64,000 nucleotides of DNA from Candidatus Latescibacterota bacterium. Its GTDB lineage: Bacteria > Latescibacterota > UBA2968 > UBA8231. Shown in pieces: positions 18,535 through 28,936 of this stretch (within the stretch, counting starts at the first letter, position 1; every line of letters begins with the position of its first letter). The DNA lies in NCBI GenBank assembly GCA_964291625.2, contig OZ220089.1:3424001-3488000 (forward strand). Direction: 5' to 3'. Under the pieces are notes generated by a model, which saw only the letters and a list, made by a program, of their open reading frames with translations, ran no database searches and was not told the DNA's origin. Position numbers and translations under genes: made by a program.

Positions 18535-21075
18535 GTGTTGCATCGCTCTACTGCAATCTCCTGCCTCACATGCATACTCGCCCTCGCAACCGCTGCCGCG
18601 GCCATCGAGGAGGCGTCCCTGCCTGCCGTCTGGCAGGTCAAGCTCGATCCTGATGATGTGGGCCTGAAGGAACGGTGGAACGCCGCCGACCTCGATGACA
18701 GCGACTGGACCGCGCTGCGCACGGACGACTGGGAGGGTTGGGAGAATCAGGGGCTGATCGCAGAGTCCGACTATGGCTGGTACCGCGTCCGCTACGAGGT
18801 ACCCATGGCGCTCGAAAGCAGGAAGCACGTCTACCTGTACTTCAACTGCGTGGACGAGCAGGCCTGGGTCTGGTTGAACGGCCAGGAAGTGGGAGAGCAT
18901 ACGTTCGTCAGCGAGGGACTGGTGGGCTCAGAGAGCGAGAGACGTGACGGCATGTGGGCCGCCCCCTTCGCCCTGGAGATCCAGGAGCACCTGCGCGGAC
19001 GGGAACCCGACGCGTTCGCGGTGCGAGTGAAACGCGGCGGGGACGCCGGGGGCGGCGTCTGGAAACCGGTCTACCTGTTTGCCAGTGATACGCCGTTGGA
19101 ACTCGGCGAGATGACCTCGCGCGCCGATGAGATGAATGCCCGCACCCTCGAGGCCAAGGAGCCGACGGTGCAATACGAGGTCTGGACGACGAACCCGTAC
19201 GATCCGATCTATCCGGATACGGAGGGCACGGGTCCGGTGAGGATCGAACAGAAGGGTGTCGGCGCCTCACATGCCCACAGCCTCACGGACACAATTCGCG
19301 CCAGCGGCACCTGCGGGGAGTACGTGCCCTTGGCCATCCACGTGCGCAACCACGGCGATGCCACGCTCCCGGTACGTTTCGACCTGGCCGGCGTCGGTCA
19401 CGAACAGACCGGGCTGCGGTTGCGCACAGATCGCGTGCAGGTCCATCTCGTGGACTACATCCTTACTCGTCGCAAGAAGCTGGTCCCTGATCCACTGCCG
19501 CGAGCCGACGGCGCCAATGGCTTGCGCCTCGGCCCCGGGGAGACGGGCAGTCTCTTCGTTCTGGTCGACACGCGCGGCATGCCGGCCGGTCCATGGAAGG
19601 GCCGCGTGCGTTTCACTCCCTTGCGCAGCGGCCCCAAGCTGGAGATCCCCTTCGAGCTGGATGTGGCCCCGGTCGTTCTGCCGCAGCGGGTGCCGATCTG
19701 GGTCACGTTCTGGTCGTACTCGCCGTCCCATGGCTGGATGTCCGAGGGCCGGGGCAGGAACAAGCCCTACATGGACCTGATGCGGCGAGCGGGCACGAAC
19801 GTGGTGCAGATGTCCTACCGGGACGGGGCACCGCAACCGATCCTGGATGAGAACGACGAGATCGTGGGAATAAAGGTCGACGAGTTCGACCGGATGATGC
19901 TTCGCCGTGAGTTCACCCATCACGACTATCTCGTCGTCGGGCTCACGATCCGTCGCGGGACGAAGCGCTGGGGACCGAACTTTCTCGAAGCCGGGCACGA
20001 TCAGTGGAAACGGAACTTCGTCGCGTACACGAGGATGCTCGCACGACACATCCGCGGCAACTACGGCCTGGCCGACGATCGATGGGGCCTGTACCTGAAT
20101 GACGAGCACATCGGTGACGACTTTCTGCCCCTCGGGAAGCTGGTGCGGCAGGCCGACGGGCGCATTCAGATCTGGGCCAACCGGATCGAGGATCTCGAGA
20201 CCACGAAGAGGGCCGAACCGTACATCGACGTGATCGTTCCCTACAGTCCGTGGCTCTCGAAGGAGGGGCTCGGGTTCGGCCGCAATGGCGAGGCCGAGAA
20301 GTTCTTCTTGGAAACGGGCAAACCCTGGTGGGCCTACCGGCACGCCTTCTGGACCAGCCCCGAGCGCACCGCCATACCGCGCGCCAACCCGAAGTCGCCC
20401 CACGACATGCTGCGCAGCCGCCCCTGGCTGGCCTGGAAGCTTGGACTCGACGGATACGGTTTCTGGGTCTTCACCGCGCCGCGGTGGTGGGGACGCTACG
20501 ATGGATTCCCCGACGTCGCCCCGAAAGGGCCCTACACCAATGTCGGCTTCATCTACATGGGACACGATGGCCCCATCACCAGCCGGCGATTGGAGGCCTA
20601 CCGCGATGGATGGGAAGACTACAAGCTGCTCTGGATCGTGAAGCAGGCGGCTCAGATCGAGGGCCAGGACCCGCGGTTGGCCCGACAGGCCCTCGATGAG
20701 ATCGATTCGGCGGTTGAACGCGTACTGGCGGGCGCAAGCCAGGACGAGCTTCGACAGATGAGGCAGAGACTCATGGAGCACGCCGTTCAACTGGCGGAAG
20801 CGGAACCTCTGAGCGCCATGATCACCGACGTGGAGACAACGCGCCACAGCGCCGTGGTCCGACTCTCGGCGTCCCAGCCGGCGCGAGTCTGGACCTGGGT
20901 CAACCGCGGCCGCAATCACCGCCGATTCATCGACACATCGCGCCAGACACACACGCCGAGTGTGACGATCGACAATCTCGTGCCCGGTGAACGATGCCAG
21001 CTCACCTTCGTCGTCGGCGGCCCCCACGGCCAGCAGAGGGTGCTGCGGCACGAGGTGGTCACCCAGGGCTGGTAG
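18535..21075 (+). CDS. Secreted glycoside-hydrolase-like protein (GH2-type sugar-binding N-domain plus DUF4091/GH123-like domain)
   Basis: GTG after AAGGAG; signal peptide ending AAAA. GWYR...LYFNCVDEQAWVWLNGQEVGEH...GVWKPV, and C-terminal SRRLEAYRDGWEDY. Confidence 0.7.
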   Translation: MLHRSTAISCLTCILALATAAAAIEEASLPAVWQVKLDPDDVGLKERWNAADLDDSDWTALRTDDWEGWENQGLIAESDYGWYRVRYEVPMALESRKHVYLYFNCVDEQAWVWLNGQEVGEHTFVSEGLVGSESERRDGMWAAPFALEIQEHLRGREPDAFAVRVKRGGDAGGGVWKPVYLFASDTPLELGEMTSRADEMNARTLEAKEPTVQYEVWTTNPYDPIYPDTEGTGPVRIEQKGVGASHAHSLTDTIRASGTCGEYVPLAIHVRNHGDATLPVRFDLAGVGHEQTGLRLRTDRVQVHLVDYILTRRKKLVPDPLPRADGANGLRLGPGETGSLFVLVDTRGMPAGPWKGRVRFTPLRSGPKLEIPFELDVAPVVLPQRVPIWVTFWSYSPSHGWMSEGRGRNKPYMDLMRRAGTNVVQMSYRDGAPQPILDENDEIVGIKVDEFDRMMLRREFTHHDYLVVGLTIRRGTKRWGPNFLEAGHDQWKRNFVAYTRMLARHIRGNYGLADDRWGLYLNDEHIGDDFLPLGKLVRQADGRIQIWANRIEDLETTKRAEPYIDVIVPYSPWLSKEGLGFGRNGEAEKFFLETGKPWWAYRHAFWTSPERTAIPRANPKSPHDMLRSRPWLAWKLGLDGYGFWVFTAPRWWGRYDGFPDVAPKGPYTNVGFIYMGHDGPITSRRLEAYRDGWEDYKLLWIVKQAAQIEGQDPRLARQALDEIDSAVERVLAGASQDELRQMRQRLMEHAVQLAEAEPLSAMITDVETTRHSAVVRLSASQPARVWTWVNRGRNHRRFIDTSRQTHTPSVTIDNLVPGERCQLTFVVGGPHGQQRVLRHEVVTQGW

Positions 21076-21153
21076 CACTCACTCTCCTCACCAGGGTCAT
21101 ATCGCCGACGCAGCTCGGCGAACGGGAACTGGACGAGGGAAGGGGCATCGGTA

Positions 21154-22215
21154 TTGATTGCACGGTGGATTGAAAGCAAGTATGGAGCCATTCGCGCAAG
21201 TGGGGCACATCCCCACAAGCCACGGTTCAACAACGCCAATCGCTTTGCCCGCATCCTGTACCGTCTTGGCGCCTATCGCAGGATAAGCACCCTTATGCTC
21301 CGCCGGGGCATCTCGCCTCGCCACCTCCTGCGAACCCAGTTTCCCCGACTCGCTGGTTTCCCTCGATGCCCCTTGGTTGTTTCCCTTGAACTCACCAATC
21401 ACTGCAATCTCCGCTGTGTCTATTGTACGAGCCCGGTAAGCCAGCGACCTCGAGGCTTGATGGACCAAGCCACCTTCAGCAGGACACTATCCGGGATTCG
21501 CATGCTCGGCGTTGACCGCGTCAGACTGGTCGGCAATGGGGAGCCAACACTCCATCCGGATCTGGGCTCCTTTGTCCAGGAGCTGGCCCGCACGGCCCCC
21601 TTTGTCTCCGTCGTCACGAACGGGCAATGGATACATCCGGCGCGAACCATTTCAGCCCTTTTGGACGGCCCCCTGGACATGGTTGAAGTGTCCGTCGACT
21701 CCTCGAACAGGGCAGGCTATGAGTCATCGCGTCCAGGTGGCAGTTTTGAGCGCCTTCTGCGCAATCTATTGGCCCTTCGAGAGGCCATAGACAACCGCCC
21801 CTGCCGCACTCTCGTCAACCTGAGATTGATGACACGACCAACTGAGAGAGGGATGGAAGGGGACCTGAGGGCCTTCTGGCGTCGATACGCGGATACGGTG
21901 ATGCTGCAGCCCGTTGTCGAGCGCACGACACAACCCGCTGTGAAGGACATGTACCGGCCAGTCCAATTCGACCAACGATCCTATCCTGCCTGTTCCCTGC
22001 CCTTCAAGGAACTTCAAGTGAACTGGAACGGCGACGTTCCACTCTGCGCCCTGTCGGCACAGCAGCTGCCGCCAGTGGGCCTGATCGTTGGCAATGTCAT
22101 GGAACAGACCCTTCACGAACTCTGGAATCACAGCCTCATGGAACAGTATCGACAAGGCCATCGCGACCGCGACTGCCAAAAAATGGAAATCTGTGAGGGC
22201 TGCTCCGGGGTATAG
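21154..22215 (+). CDS. Radical SAM / SPASM-domain protein
   Basis: ELTNHCNLRCVYC (CxxxCxxC), GNGEPTLHP, CSLPF..LQVNWNGDVPLC, terminal CEGC; start uncertain. Confidence 0.88.
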   Translation: MIARWIESKYGAIRASGAHPHKPRFNNANRFARILYRLGAYRRISTLMLRRGISPRHLLRTQFPRLAGFPRCPLVVSLELTNHCNLRCVYCTSPVSQRPRGLMDQATFSRTLSGIRMLGVDRVRLVGNGEPTLHPDLGSFVQELARTAPFVSVVTNGQWIHPARTISALLDGPLDMVEVSVDSSNRAGYESSRPGGSFERLLRNLLALREAIDNRPCRTLVNLRLMTRPTERGMEGDLRAFWRRYADTVMLQPVVERTTQPAVKDMYRPVQFDQRSYPACSLPFKELQVNWNGDVPLCALSAQQLPPVGLIVGNVMEQTLHELWNHSLMEQYRQGHRDRDCQKMEICEGCSGV

Positions 22216-22232
22216 GGCCCCGCCTCCGGGAA

Positions 22233-22459
22233 GTGCTGGCGGGCCTGGAGTTCCTGGGATCGAGCTGGACCCGGCCCGGAACGGGGCCGTCCTCGGCGAG
22301 GGGCACCTGGGCGCCCGCAGCCGGGTGCGCCTGGATCCGCTGCGCCCCGACGCGCAGCGGATCCAGACCTCCGAGCGGTTCACCGGCTGAGACACCGCCG
22401 CGGACCGGCCTTCGCCTCCGGGCGGGGCCGGGCACGGTCCCTTATCTTGCAGTGACCGC
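22233..22459 (+). repeat. Degenerate duplicate of the ackA 3' end and its downstream intergenic sequence (~17344-17579)
   Basis: GTGCTGGCGGGCCTGGAGTTCCT..., GCAGCCG.GTGCGCCTG, ...GGCTGAG, and CCCTTATCTTG(C)AGTGACCGC occur in both places. Confidence 0.88.
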
Positions 22460-22512
22460 CCGGGGGCCTCCCGGGACACAGGCCCCCGCCCCCCTTCCGC
22501 GCCATCAGACCC

Positions 22513-25449
22513 GTGAGCGACTCGCCCCCCGCACCCGCCCCGCGCCGCACCCGCCTCGGCCCCCTGCAGAGGCGGCTGCTGCTGGTCGTCGTCGGCCTCG
22601 GCGTGCTGATGCTGGCCGACACCCTCTACCTGCTCGCCAACCGCGCCGCCGACGCCCTCGGCATCGACTACTTCGCGGTCACCGATCTCTCCCTGCCCCG
22701 GTTCTACCAGTCCATGGTGATCTCCCACACGGTGGGCGGCATCGTGCTGGTGATCCTGGCCCTGGCCTTCGTCGAGTGGCACCTGCCCACGGTCTGGCGA
22801 CGCCACCGCCGGCGGGCGATCTACACCGGCCTGGTCTCGGTCACCCTGGGGGTGACGCTGCTGGTGACGGGCCTGTTCATCCTCACCGAGGCCAACAGCC
22901 GCGACAACGCCTGGGCCTGGTGGTGCCACGTGGCGGCGGCGGCGGCCCTGCCCGTCTTCTACCTGGCCCACCGGCGCATCTCGATCTGGAAGCCCTCGGC
23001 CCGCAGCTACCGCGTCGTGCCCCTGGCCACGGCCGGGCTGGCGGGGCTGGCGATCGTCGTCCACGGCCTCACCTACGACCGCGAGGACTACACCGAGGCG
23101 GCCGAGGAGGCCTTCGCCAGCGGCACCCACACCGGCCCCGGGTCGCGGCAGCGCCAAACCCGCGGCGGGCCGACGGAGTTCGTGCCCGCCAACTTCGTCC
23201 CCTTCGAGAGCCCCTTCTTCCCCGCCGCCACGACGACGACCACGGGCAGCTACCTGCCGTCGCGGATCATCACCCGCGGCGGCCTGCCGCCGCAGGAGTT
23301 CCTCGACCGCGAGGTCGAGCAGCAGGGCTTCGTCGTCAGCGAGAGGCTGGGGGCCTTCGACTGCCAGCGCTGCCACGCCGCGGTGGTCGCCCAGTGGGCA
23401 ACCTCGGCCCACCGCTTCGCCTCCTTCAACAACCCCTTCTACGAGGCGACGATCAACGACATGCGGGAGCGCTCCACCTCCCTCAACGCCGAGGTGGAGG
23501 CCCACATCGACCACTTCTCGCGGCTCGACCCGGAGCGGGGGGGCCAGGACCTGGAGGGGCGCCAGGCGCTGGTGAAGTCGAAGTGGTGCTCCGGCTGCCA
23601 CGACCCGGCGCTGATGCTGGCCGGCGGGATGACGGAGGAGATCGACCGGCGCACGCCCCAGGCGCAGGCGGGCCTGACCTGCCTGGCGTGCCACGCCATC
23701 GACCACATCCACGGGGTCACGGGCAACGCCGACTACAACATCGCCGACCACCAGGAGGACCCCTACCTGTTCGCCGACACCGAGCACGGCATCCTGCGGC
23801 TGCTCCACGACACGGCCCTCAAGGCGCGGCCGGCGGTCCACAAGCGGCAGATGCTCAAGCCCTTCTTCCAGACCTCCGAGTACTGCGCCACCTGCCACAA
23901 GGTCAGCCTCGACACCCGCGTCAACGGCTACCGCTGGCTGCGGGGCCAGGACGAGTACGACAACTGGCACGACAGCGGCGTCGCCCTCAACGCCTCGCGC
24001 ACCTTCTACCGGCCCGGGTACCGGCGCCTCTGCCAGGACTGCCACATGCCCCTGGAGGAGGCCGTCGAGGGGGACGTGTCGGCCAGGGACGGGTACGTGC
24101 GCTCCCACCGGTTCCTGGCGGTCAACACGGCCCTGCCCTTCCTGCGCGGGGACCGCGACACGATCGAGCGCATCGAGGCCTTCCTGCGCGACGCCAAGCT
24201 GCGCGTCGATATCGCCGCCCTGCGCCGGACCGACGGCGGCGTCGACTATCAGCCGGCGCTGGCGCCGCCGGCCGTGCGCCCCGGCGAGCGCCTGGAGCTC
24301 GACGTGGCGGTGCGCAACCTCGGCGTGGGCCACACCTTCCCGGGGGGCACCAACGACTCCAACGAGGGCTGGCTGGAGATCACGATCGCCGACGGCGGGG
24401 GGCGGGTGCTGGCGCGCAGCGGCTCGATCGGAGCGGACGGCCACGTCGACCCGGCGGCCCACTTCTACAAGGCCCTCCTCGTCGACGCCGAGGGGCAGGC
24501 GATCCACCGCCGCAACGCCCAGGACATCCACGCGCCGGTCTACGTGCGCACCATCGGCCCGGGGGCGGCGGACGTGGCCCATTACGGATTCACCGTGCCG
24601 GACGACTACGCCGGGGGGCCGTTGACGGTCACGGCGCGCCTGCTGTGGCGCAAGTTCGACCGCGCCTACACGGAGTTCGCCTTCCACGCCAACCGGGAGG
24701 GGTTCCGGCCCTTCGACGAGGTGCCCGACCTGCCGGTGACCGAGATCGCCTCCCACACCCTCACCCTGCCCCTCGAGGGCGGGGACCCGGCGCCGGCGGC
24801 CGACCCCGGGCCCGACGCCTGGCAGCGGCTCAACGACTACGGCATCGGCCTGCTGCTGCAGGGGGACACACGCGGGGCCACGGCCGCCTTCGCCGAGCTG
24901 GCGCGGCTGCACCCGGAGCGCGTGGACGGGCCCCGCAACATGGCGCGGGCGGCCCTGGCCGACGGCGACATCGAGGGCGCTTACGGGCTGCTGCGGCGCT
25001 GCGAGGAGCTGGCCCCCGCCGACGCCCAGACCGCCTGGGTGTGGGGCGTGGCCCACCAGAAGAGCGGCCGCTACGCCGACGCCGAGCTGGCCTACCGCCA
25101 CGTGCTGGAGAGTTTCCCCGACGACCGCGCGGCGTGGCGCAACCTCGGCCGCGTCCTCTACCTCGACGGCCGCTTCGAGCAGGCCCTGGAGGCCCTGGAC
25201 CAGACCCTGCGGATCGACCCCGAGGACCGCGTCGCCCACTACCACCGCATGCTCTGCCTGCGCAGCCTCGGCCGGCAGGCCGAAGCGGAGGCCGCCGAGC
25301 AGGCCTACGAGTACTACCAGATCGACGAGTCGGCCCAGGCCGTGACCCGCCGGTACCGCCTGAGCCACCCCCACGACAACCTCGAGACCCAGCCGATCCA
25401 TGTGCACGAGCTGACGCCCCCGGAGGCCGGCGCCGGGGGCGGGGCCTGA
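22513..25449 (+). CDS. Membrane-anchored multiheme c-type cytochrome with C-terminal TPR repeats
   Basis: N-terminal TM helices; five CxxCH motifs (CQRCH, CSGCH, CLACH, CATCH, CQDCH); TPR-like C-terminus. Confidence 0.88.
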   Translation: MSDSPPAPAPRRTRLGPLQRRLLLVVVGLGVLMLADTLYLLANRAADALGIDYFAVTDLSLPRFYQSMVISHTVGGIVLVILALAFVEWHLPTVWRRHRRRAIYTGLVSVTLGVTLLVTGLFILTEANSRDNAWAWWCHVAAAAALPVFYLAHRRISIWKPSARSYRVVPLATAGLAGLAIVVHGLTYDREDYTEAAEEAFASGTHTGPGSRQRQTRGGPTEFVPANFVPFESPFFPAATTTTTGSYLPSRIITRGGLPPQEFLDREVEQQGFVVSERLGAFDCQRCHAAVVAQWATSAHRFASFNNPFYEATINDMRERSTSLNAEVEAHIDHFSRLDPERGGQDLEGRQALVKSKWCSGCHDPALMLAGGMTEEIDRRTPQAQAGLTCLACHAIDHIHGVTGNADYNIADHQEDPYLFADTEHGILRLLHDTALKARPAVHKRQMLKPFFQTSEYCATCHKVSLDTRVNGYRWLRGQDEYDNWHDSGVALNASRTFYRPGYRRLCQDCHMPLEEAVEGDVSARDGYVRSHRFLAVNTALPFLRGDRDTIERIEAFLRDAKLRVDIAALRRTDGGVDYQPALAPPAVRPGERLELDVAVRNLGVGHTFPGGTNDSNEGWLEITIADGGGRVLARSGSIGADGHVDPAAHFYKALLVDAEGQAIHRRNAQDIHAPVYVRTIGPGAADVAHYGFTVPDDYAGGPLTVTARLLWRKFDRAYTEFAFHANREGFRPFDEVPDLPVTEIASHTLTLPLEGGDPAPAADPGPDAWQRLNDYGIGLLLQGDTRGATAAFAELARLHPERVDGPRNMARAALADGDIEGAYGLLRRCEELAPADAQTAWVWGVAHQKSGRYADAELAYRHVLESFPDDRAAWRNLGRVLYLDGRFEQALEALDQTLRIDPEDRVAHYHRMLCLRSLGRQAEAEAAEQAYEYYQIDESAQAVTRRYRLSHPHDNLETQPIHVHELTPPEAGAGGGA

Positions 25450-27242
25450 TGGCCGGGCGTCTCCGCCTGCGGCGGCTGGTCCCGGCGGCGCTGCTGCTGG
25501 CCGCGTGCGCCGAGGAGGCCCCGGAGGTCGCCCCGGAGCCGCCGGCCTACTCGCGCCCCACCCCGGACTACGCCCGGGCCGAAGACGCACCGACCCCGCC
25601 GGCGGTGACCTTCACCGAGACCGCGGCGGCCTCGGGCCTGACCTTCCGCCACGAGACCGGCGCCTTCGGCGAGAAGTGGATGCCCGAGACGATGGGATCC
25701 GGCTGCGCCCTCCACGACCTCGACGGCGACGGCGACGACGACGCCCTGCTGGTGAACGGCGCCTGGTGGCCGGGCCACGAGGGCGAGGGGGCTCCGCCGA
25801 CCTCGGCCCTGTTCGCCAACGACGGCGCCGGCTCCTTCACCGACGTCACCTCCGGCTCGGGCGTCGACGTGAGCGTCTACGGCATGGGGGTGACCGCCGC
25901 CGACTACGACGGCGACGGCGACGCCGACCTCTACCTGACGACCCTGGGCGACAACCTGCTGCTGCGCCAGGACCGCCCCCTCGGGTTCACCGACGCGGCG
26001 GCGCAGGCCGGGGTGGCGGGGGAGACCTGGACCGACGAGGAAGGCCGCCGGCACCCGGAGTGGTCCACGGGGGCGGCCTGGGCCGACGTCGACGCCGACG
26101 GGAGCCCCGACCTGCTGGTGACCAACTACGTGCACTGGTCGCGGGAGAACGACCTCTACGCCAGCTTCGACGGCAAGAGCAAGTCGTACGCCACGCCCCA
26201 GCAGTACACGGGCTCGACGCCGCGCCTCTACCGCAACCGCGGCGACGGCGGCTTCACCGACATCACCGCCCAGGCGGGGCTGCTGCTGCCCCACGCCAAG
26301 TCGATGGGGGTGGCCGCCGACGACTTCGACGCCGACGGCCGCGTCGACCTGGTGATCACCAACGACACGCAGCCCAACTTCCTGCTGCGCAACCTCGGGG
26401 GCGGCCGCTTCGAGGAGGTCGGCACGGCGGCCGGCATCGGCTACGACGAGTCGGGCCGGGCCCGGGCCGGCATGGGCGTGGACGTGGCCGACCTGGCCGG
26501 CGACGGGGTGCTGGCCATCGGCATCGGCAACTTCAGCCGCGAGGCCGTCTCCCTCTACCGGCAGACGGCGGCGGGGGGCACCGTCTTCCTCGACGGCGCC
26601 GGCAAGAGCCGCCTCGTGGAGCCGACCCTGCCGACCCTGACCTTCGGCCTGCGGTTCTTCGACTACGACCTCGACGGCCGCCAGGACCTGGTCCTGGCCA
26701 ACGGCCACATCGAGCCCGAGATCAACGCCGTGCAGCGCGAGATCGCCTACGCCCAGCCGCCGCAGCTGTTCTGGAACGACGGCCGGGGGAGGCTGGTCGA
26801 CGCGAGCGCCGGGGCCGGACCGGCGCTGGCCGAGCCCCTGGTGGGCCGCGGCCTGGCCGTGGGCGACATGGAGGGCGACGGCGACCCCGACGTGCTGATC
26901 ACCACCAACGGCGGCGCTCCCCGGCTGCTGCGCAACGACCTGGAGGGCGGGAAGGCGCTGGTCCTGCGCCTGCGGGGGCGATCCCCGGGAGCCGACGCCC
27001 TGGGCGCGGTGGTGACCGTGCGCGCCGGCGGGCGGACCCAGTCGCTGCGGGTGCGCACGGGATCGTCCTACCTGAGCCAGAGCGCCCGAGAGCTGACCTT
27101 CGGCCTGGGCGAGGCGGAGGCGGCCGAGGCGGTGACGGTGCGCTGGCCGGACGGGGCGGTGGACGAGCTGGGGGCGCTGGAGGCGGGGGGGTATGCGGTG
27201 GAGGTGGGAGGGGTGGTGGGGGGCGATCGCGGAGATCCCTGA
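25449..27242 (+). CDS. CRTAC1/ASPIC-UnbV family FG-GAP repeat lipoprotein
   Basis: Lipobox LLLAAC; repeated DxDGDG motifs; ETMGSG; C-terminal GSSYLSQS...FGLG...VRWPDG. Confidence 0.9.
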   Translation: MAGRLRLRRLVPAALLLAACAEEAPEVAPEPPAYSRPTPDYARAEDAPTPPAVTFTETAAASGLTFRHETGAFGEKWMPETMGSGCALHDLDGDGDDDALLVNGAWWPGHEGEGAPPTSALFANDGAGSFTDVTSGSGVDVSVYGMGVTAADYDGDGDADLYLTTLGDNLLLRQDRPLGFTDAAAQAGVAGETWTDEEGRRHPEWSTGAAWADVDADGSPDLLVTNYVHWSRENDLYASFDGKSKSYATPQQYTGSTPRLYRNRGDGGFTDITAQAGLLLPHAKSMGVAADDFDADGRVDLVITNDTQPNFLLRNLGGGRFEEVGTAAGIGYDESGRARAGMGVDVADLAGDGVLAIGIGNFSREAVSLYRQTAAGGTVFLDGAGKSRLVEPTLPTLTFGLRFFDYDLDGRQDLVLANGHIEPEINAVQREIAYAQPPQLFWNDGRGRLVDASAGAGPALAEPLVGRGLAVGDMEGDGDPDVLITTNGGAPRLLRNDLEGGKALVLRLRGRSPGADALGAVVTVRAGGRTQSLRVRTGSSYLSQSARELTFGLGEAEAAEAVTVRWPDGAVDELGALEAGGYAVEVGGVVGGDRGDP

Positions 27243-27249
27243 CTCAACG

Positions 27250-27800
27250 TCAGAGGGTTCCTCGCTCCAATTCCCCACACAGACCAGGAATGCTGATGCT
27301 GCTCCAGCATTTCTGTGTCAGGAGTGAGCCCTGAGGAGGGAACGCCCCGTGTACGACCTTGATGCCGCGGGTTCCCAGAAACTCGGCCACCGGTACCAGG
27401 TCTTGGTCGGAGGTAACCAGTACGGCGATGTCATAGTTGTCCGCCCAGGCGAGACTGATCATGTCCGTTGCCATACGAACGTCAACACCCTTCTCCTCCG
27501 TGCCCCGCATGGTCGCCCCGCATCGGGGACAGGTGGCTATCTCCCCATGGCAAGTCGGGCAGCTTGGTGGCGACCGCCTCTTTTGCCGAGGAACCATCGA
27601 GACACTCACACCGGGAAAGGAGTTCACTACCGTCGTTGCCCACCGATGCAGATTCCGATCCCCTTCCCGGTCAGGGTTGAAGGATCCGTAGAAGTTCAAC
27701 CCTTGATACTGCTCCGTTGCGTGCAGGAAATCGACGAATACCCGTACACGGTGGCCTCGACCATGTGCGGGCTCATCGGCGTTCAAGTCGCCATCCAGAA
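27250..27800 (-). pseudogene. NYN (PIN-like) ribonuclease with Zn-ribbon, probably internally deleted
   Basis: RVRVFVDF, CPTC..CPRC, EEKGVDVRMATDMI, LVTSDQDLVP. The segment after VDF looks short and no clear start was found. Confidence 0.65.
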
Positions 27801-27959
27801 CAAGAAAAGGGACGCCGGAAGGCGTCCCTGGAGTATACCTGACCGGACCCCGGTGTTCCCTCTGTGGGCGGCGATCCGGTGGGTTGTAATGTCCATGGAA
27901 TCTACTCCGGAGCATCCAGACGGGCAACGTCCGCCGAGGTCCCACCGCAAGCGGCGGGC

Positions 27960-28226
27960 TCACCTCCTCGCCGGCAGCTTCGTCTCCACGTAGGCCGCCA
28001 GGGCTGCCACCGTCCCGAAGAGCTCCTCCGTCAGATCGTCGTCGTCGACTTCGATTCCGAAGGTCTCCTCCAGCTCGACGACCAGCTTGATCGACAGGAT
28101 CGAGTCGACCTCGCCGTCGGCGCCGAAGAGGGGTTCGCTCTCGGGGAGCTGGTCGGGCTGGATGGGCAGGTCGAGGGCCTTCACCACGGCCTCCCGGACC
28201 CTGCGGGTGATCTCGGCCTTCGTCAT
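27960..28226 (-). CDS. Acyl carrier protein
   Basis: 88 aa, acidic; VDSILSIKLVVELEETFGIEVDDDDL with the phosphopantetheine Ser (DS). Confidence 0.88.
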   Translation of the reverse strand: MTKAEITRRVREAVVKALDLPIQPDQLPESEPLFGADGEVDSILSIKLVVELEETFGIEVDDDDLTEELFGTVAALAAYVETKLPARR

Positions 28227-28936
28227 GGGCGGGTCCCTTGGGTCTGTGCGGGAGACTCCGGTCCCGCGGGTGTGGGGAGCACGCGGCCGTTGGTCAGGCG
28301 GATCTTCCGCCTCGCGTGCCGCGCCACCTCCTCCTGATGCGTTACCAGGACGATGGCGATGCCCTCGTCGTTCAGTCTCGCGAACAGCTCCATGACTTCC
28401 GCCGCGGCCTGTGGGTCCAGACTGCCGGTGGGCTCATCCGCCAGGATCAGCGAGGGCTCGTTGACCAGGGCCCGGGCGATCGCCACTCGCTGCCGCTGGC
28501 CCCCGGACAGCTCCTCGGGCCGGAAGTCGCGGCGGTCCCCCAGCCCGACCCGCTTGAGGGCCGCGTGGGCGGCCTCCCGCCGCCGCCGGCGAGCCGCTCC
28601 CGCGTAGATCATGGGCAGGGCGACGTTCTCCGCGGCCGTCGCCCTCGGCAGCAGGTGGAAGCTCTGGAAGACGAAGCCGATCCGGCGGTTTCTCACCTCG
28701 GCGAGGCGGATGGGATTCAGGCCGGTTACATCCTGGCCCTCCAGGAGGTACCGGCCCGCCGTCAGCTGGTCGAGACAGCCGATGATGTTGAGCATGGTCG
28801 TCTTCCCGGAGCCGGAGGGACCCATGAGGGCGACGAACTCTCCCTCGCCGAAGGCGGCGTCGACTTCCCAGAGGGCGCGCACAACCTCGGCACCCCTCTG
28901 GTAGACCTTGCAGGCGGACTCAAGCTCGACCAGCAT
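28223..28936 (-). CDS. ABC transporter ATP-binding protein (MacB/LolD-type)
   Basis: [32 protein letters not shown]. Confidence 0.93.
   Translation of the reverse strand: MLVELESACKVYQRGAEVVRALWEVDAAFGEGEFVALMGPSGSGKTTMLNIIGCLDQLTAGRYLLEGQDVTGLNPIRLAEVRNRRIGFVFQSFHLLPRATAAENVALPMIYAGAARRRRREAAHAALKRVGLGDRRDFRPEELSGGQRQRVAIARALVNEPSLILADEPTGSLDPQAAAEVMELFARLNDEGIAIVLVTHQEEVARHARRKIRLTNGRVLPTPAGPESPAQTQGTRP

Noticed and set aside
21154-22215. Radical SAM/SPASM protein as maturase of the Cys-rich peptides
   Set aside because: It is over 26 kb away, on the opposite strand, in a different insert and has no evident RRE. The even Cys count plus TlpAs favours disulfides.
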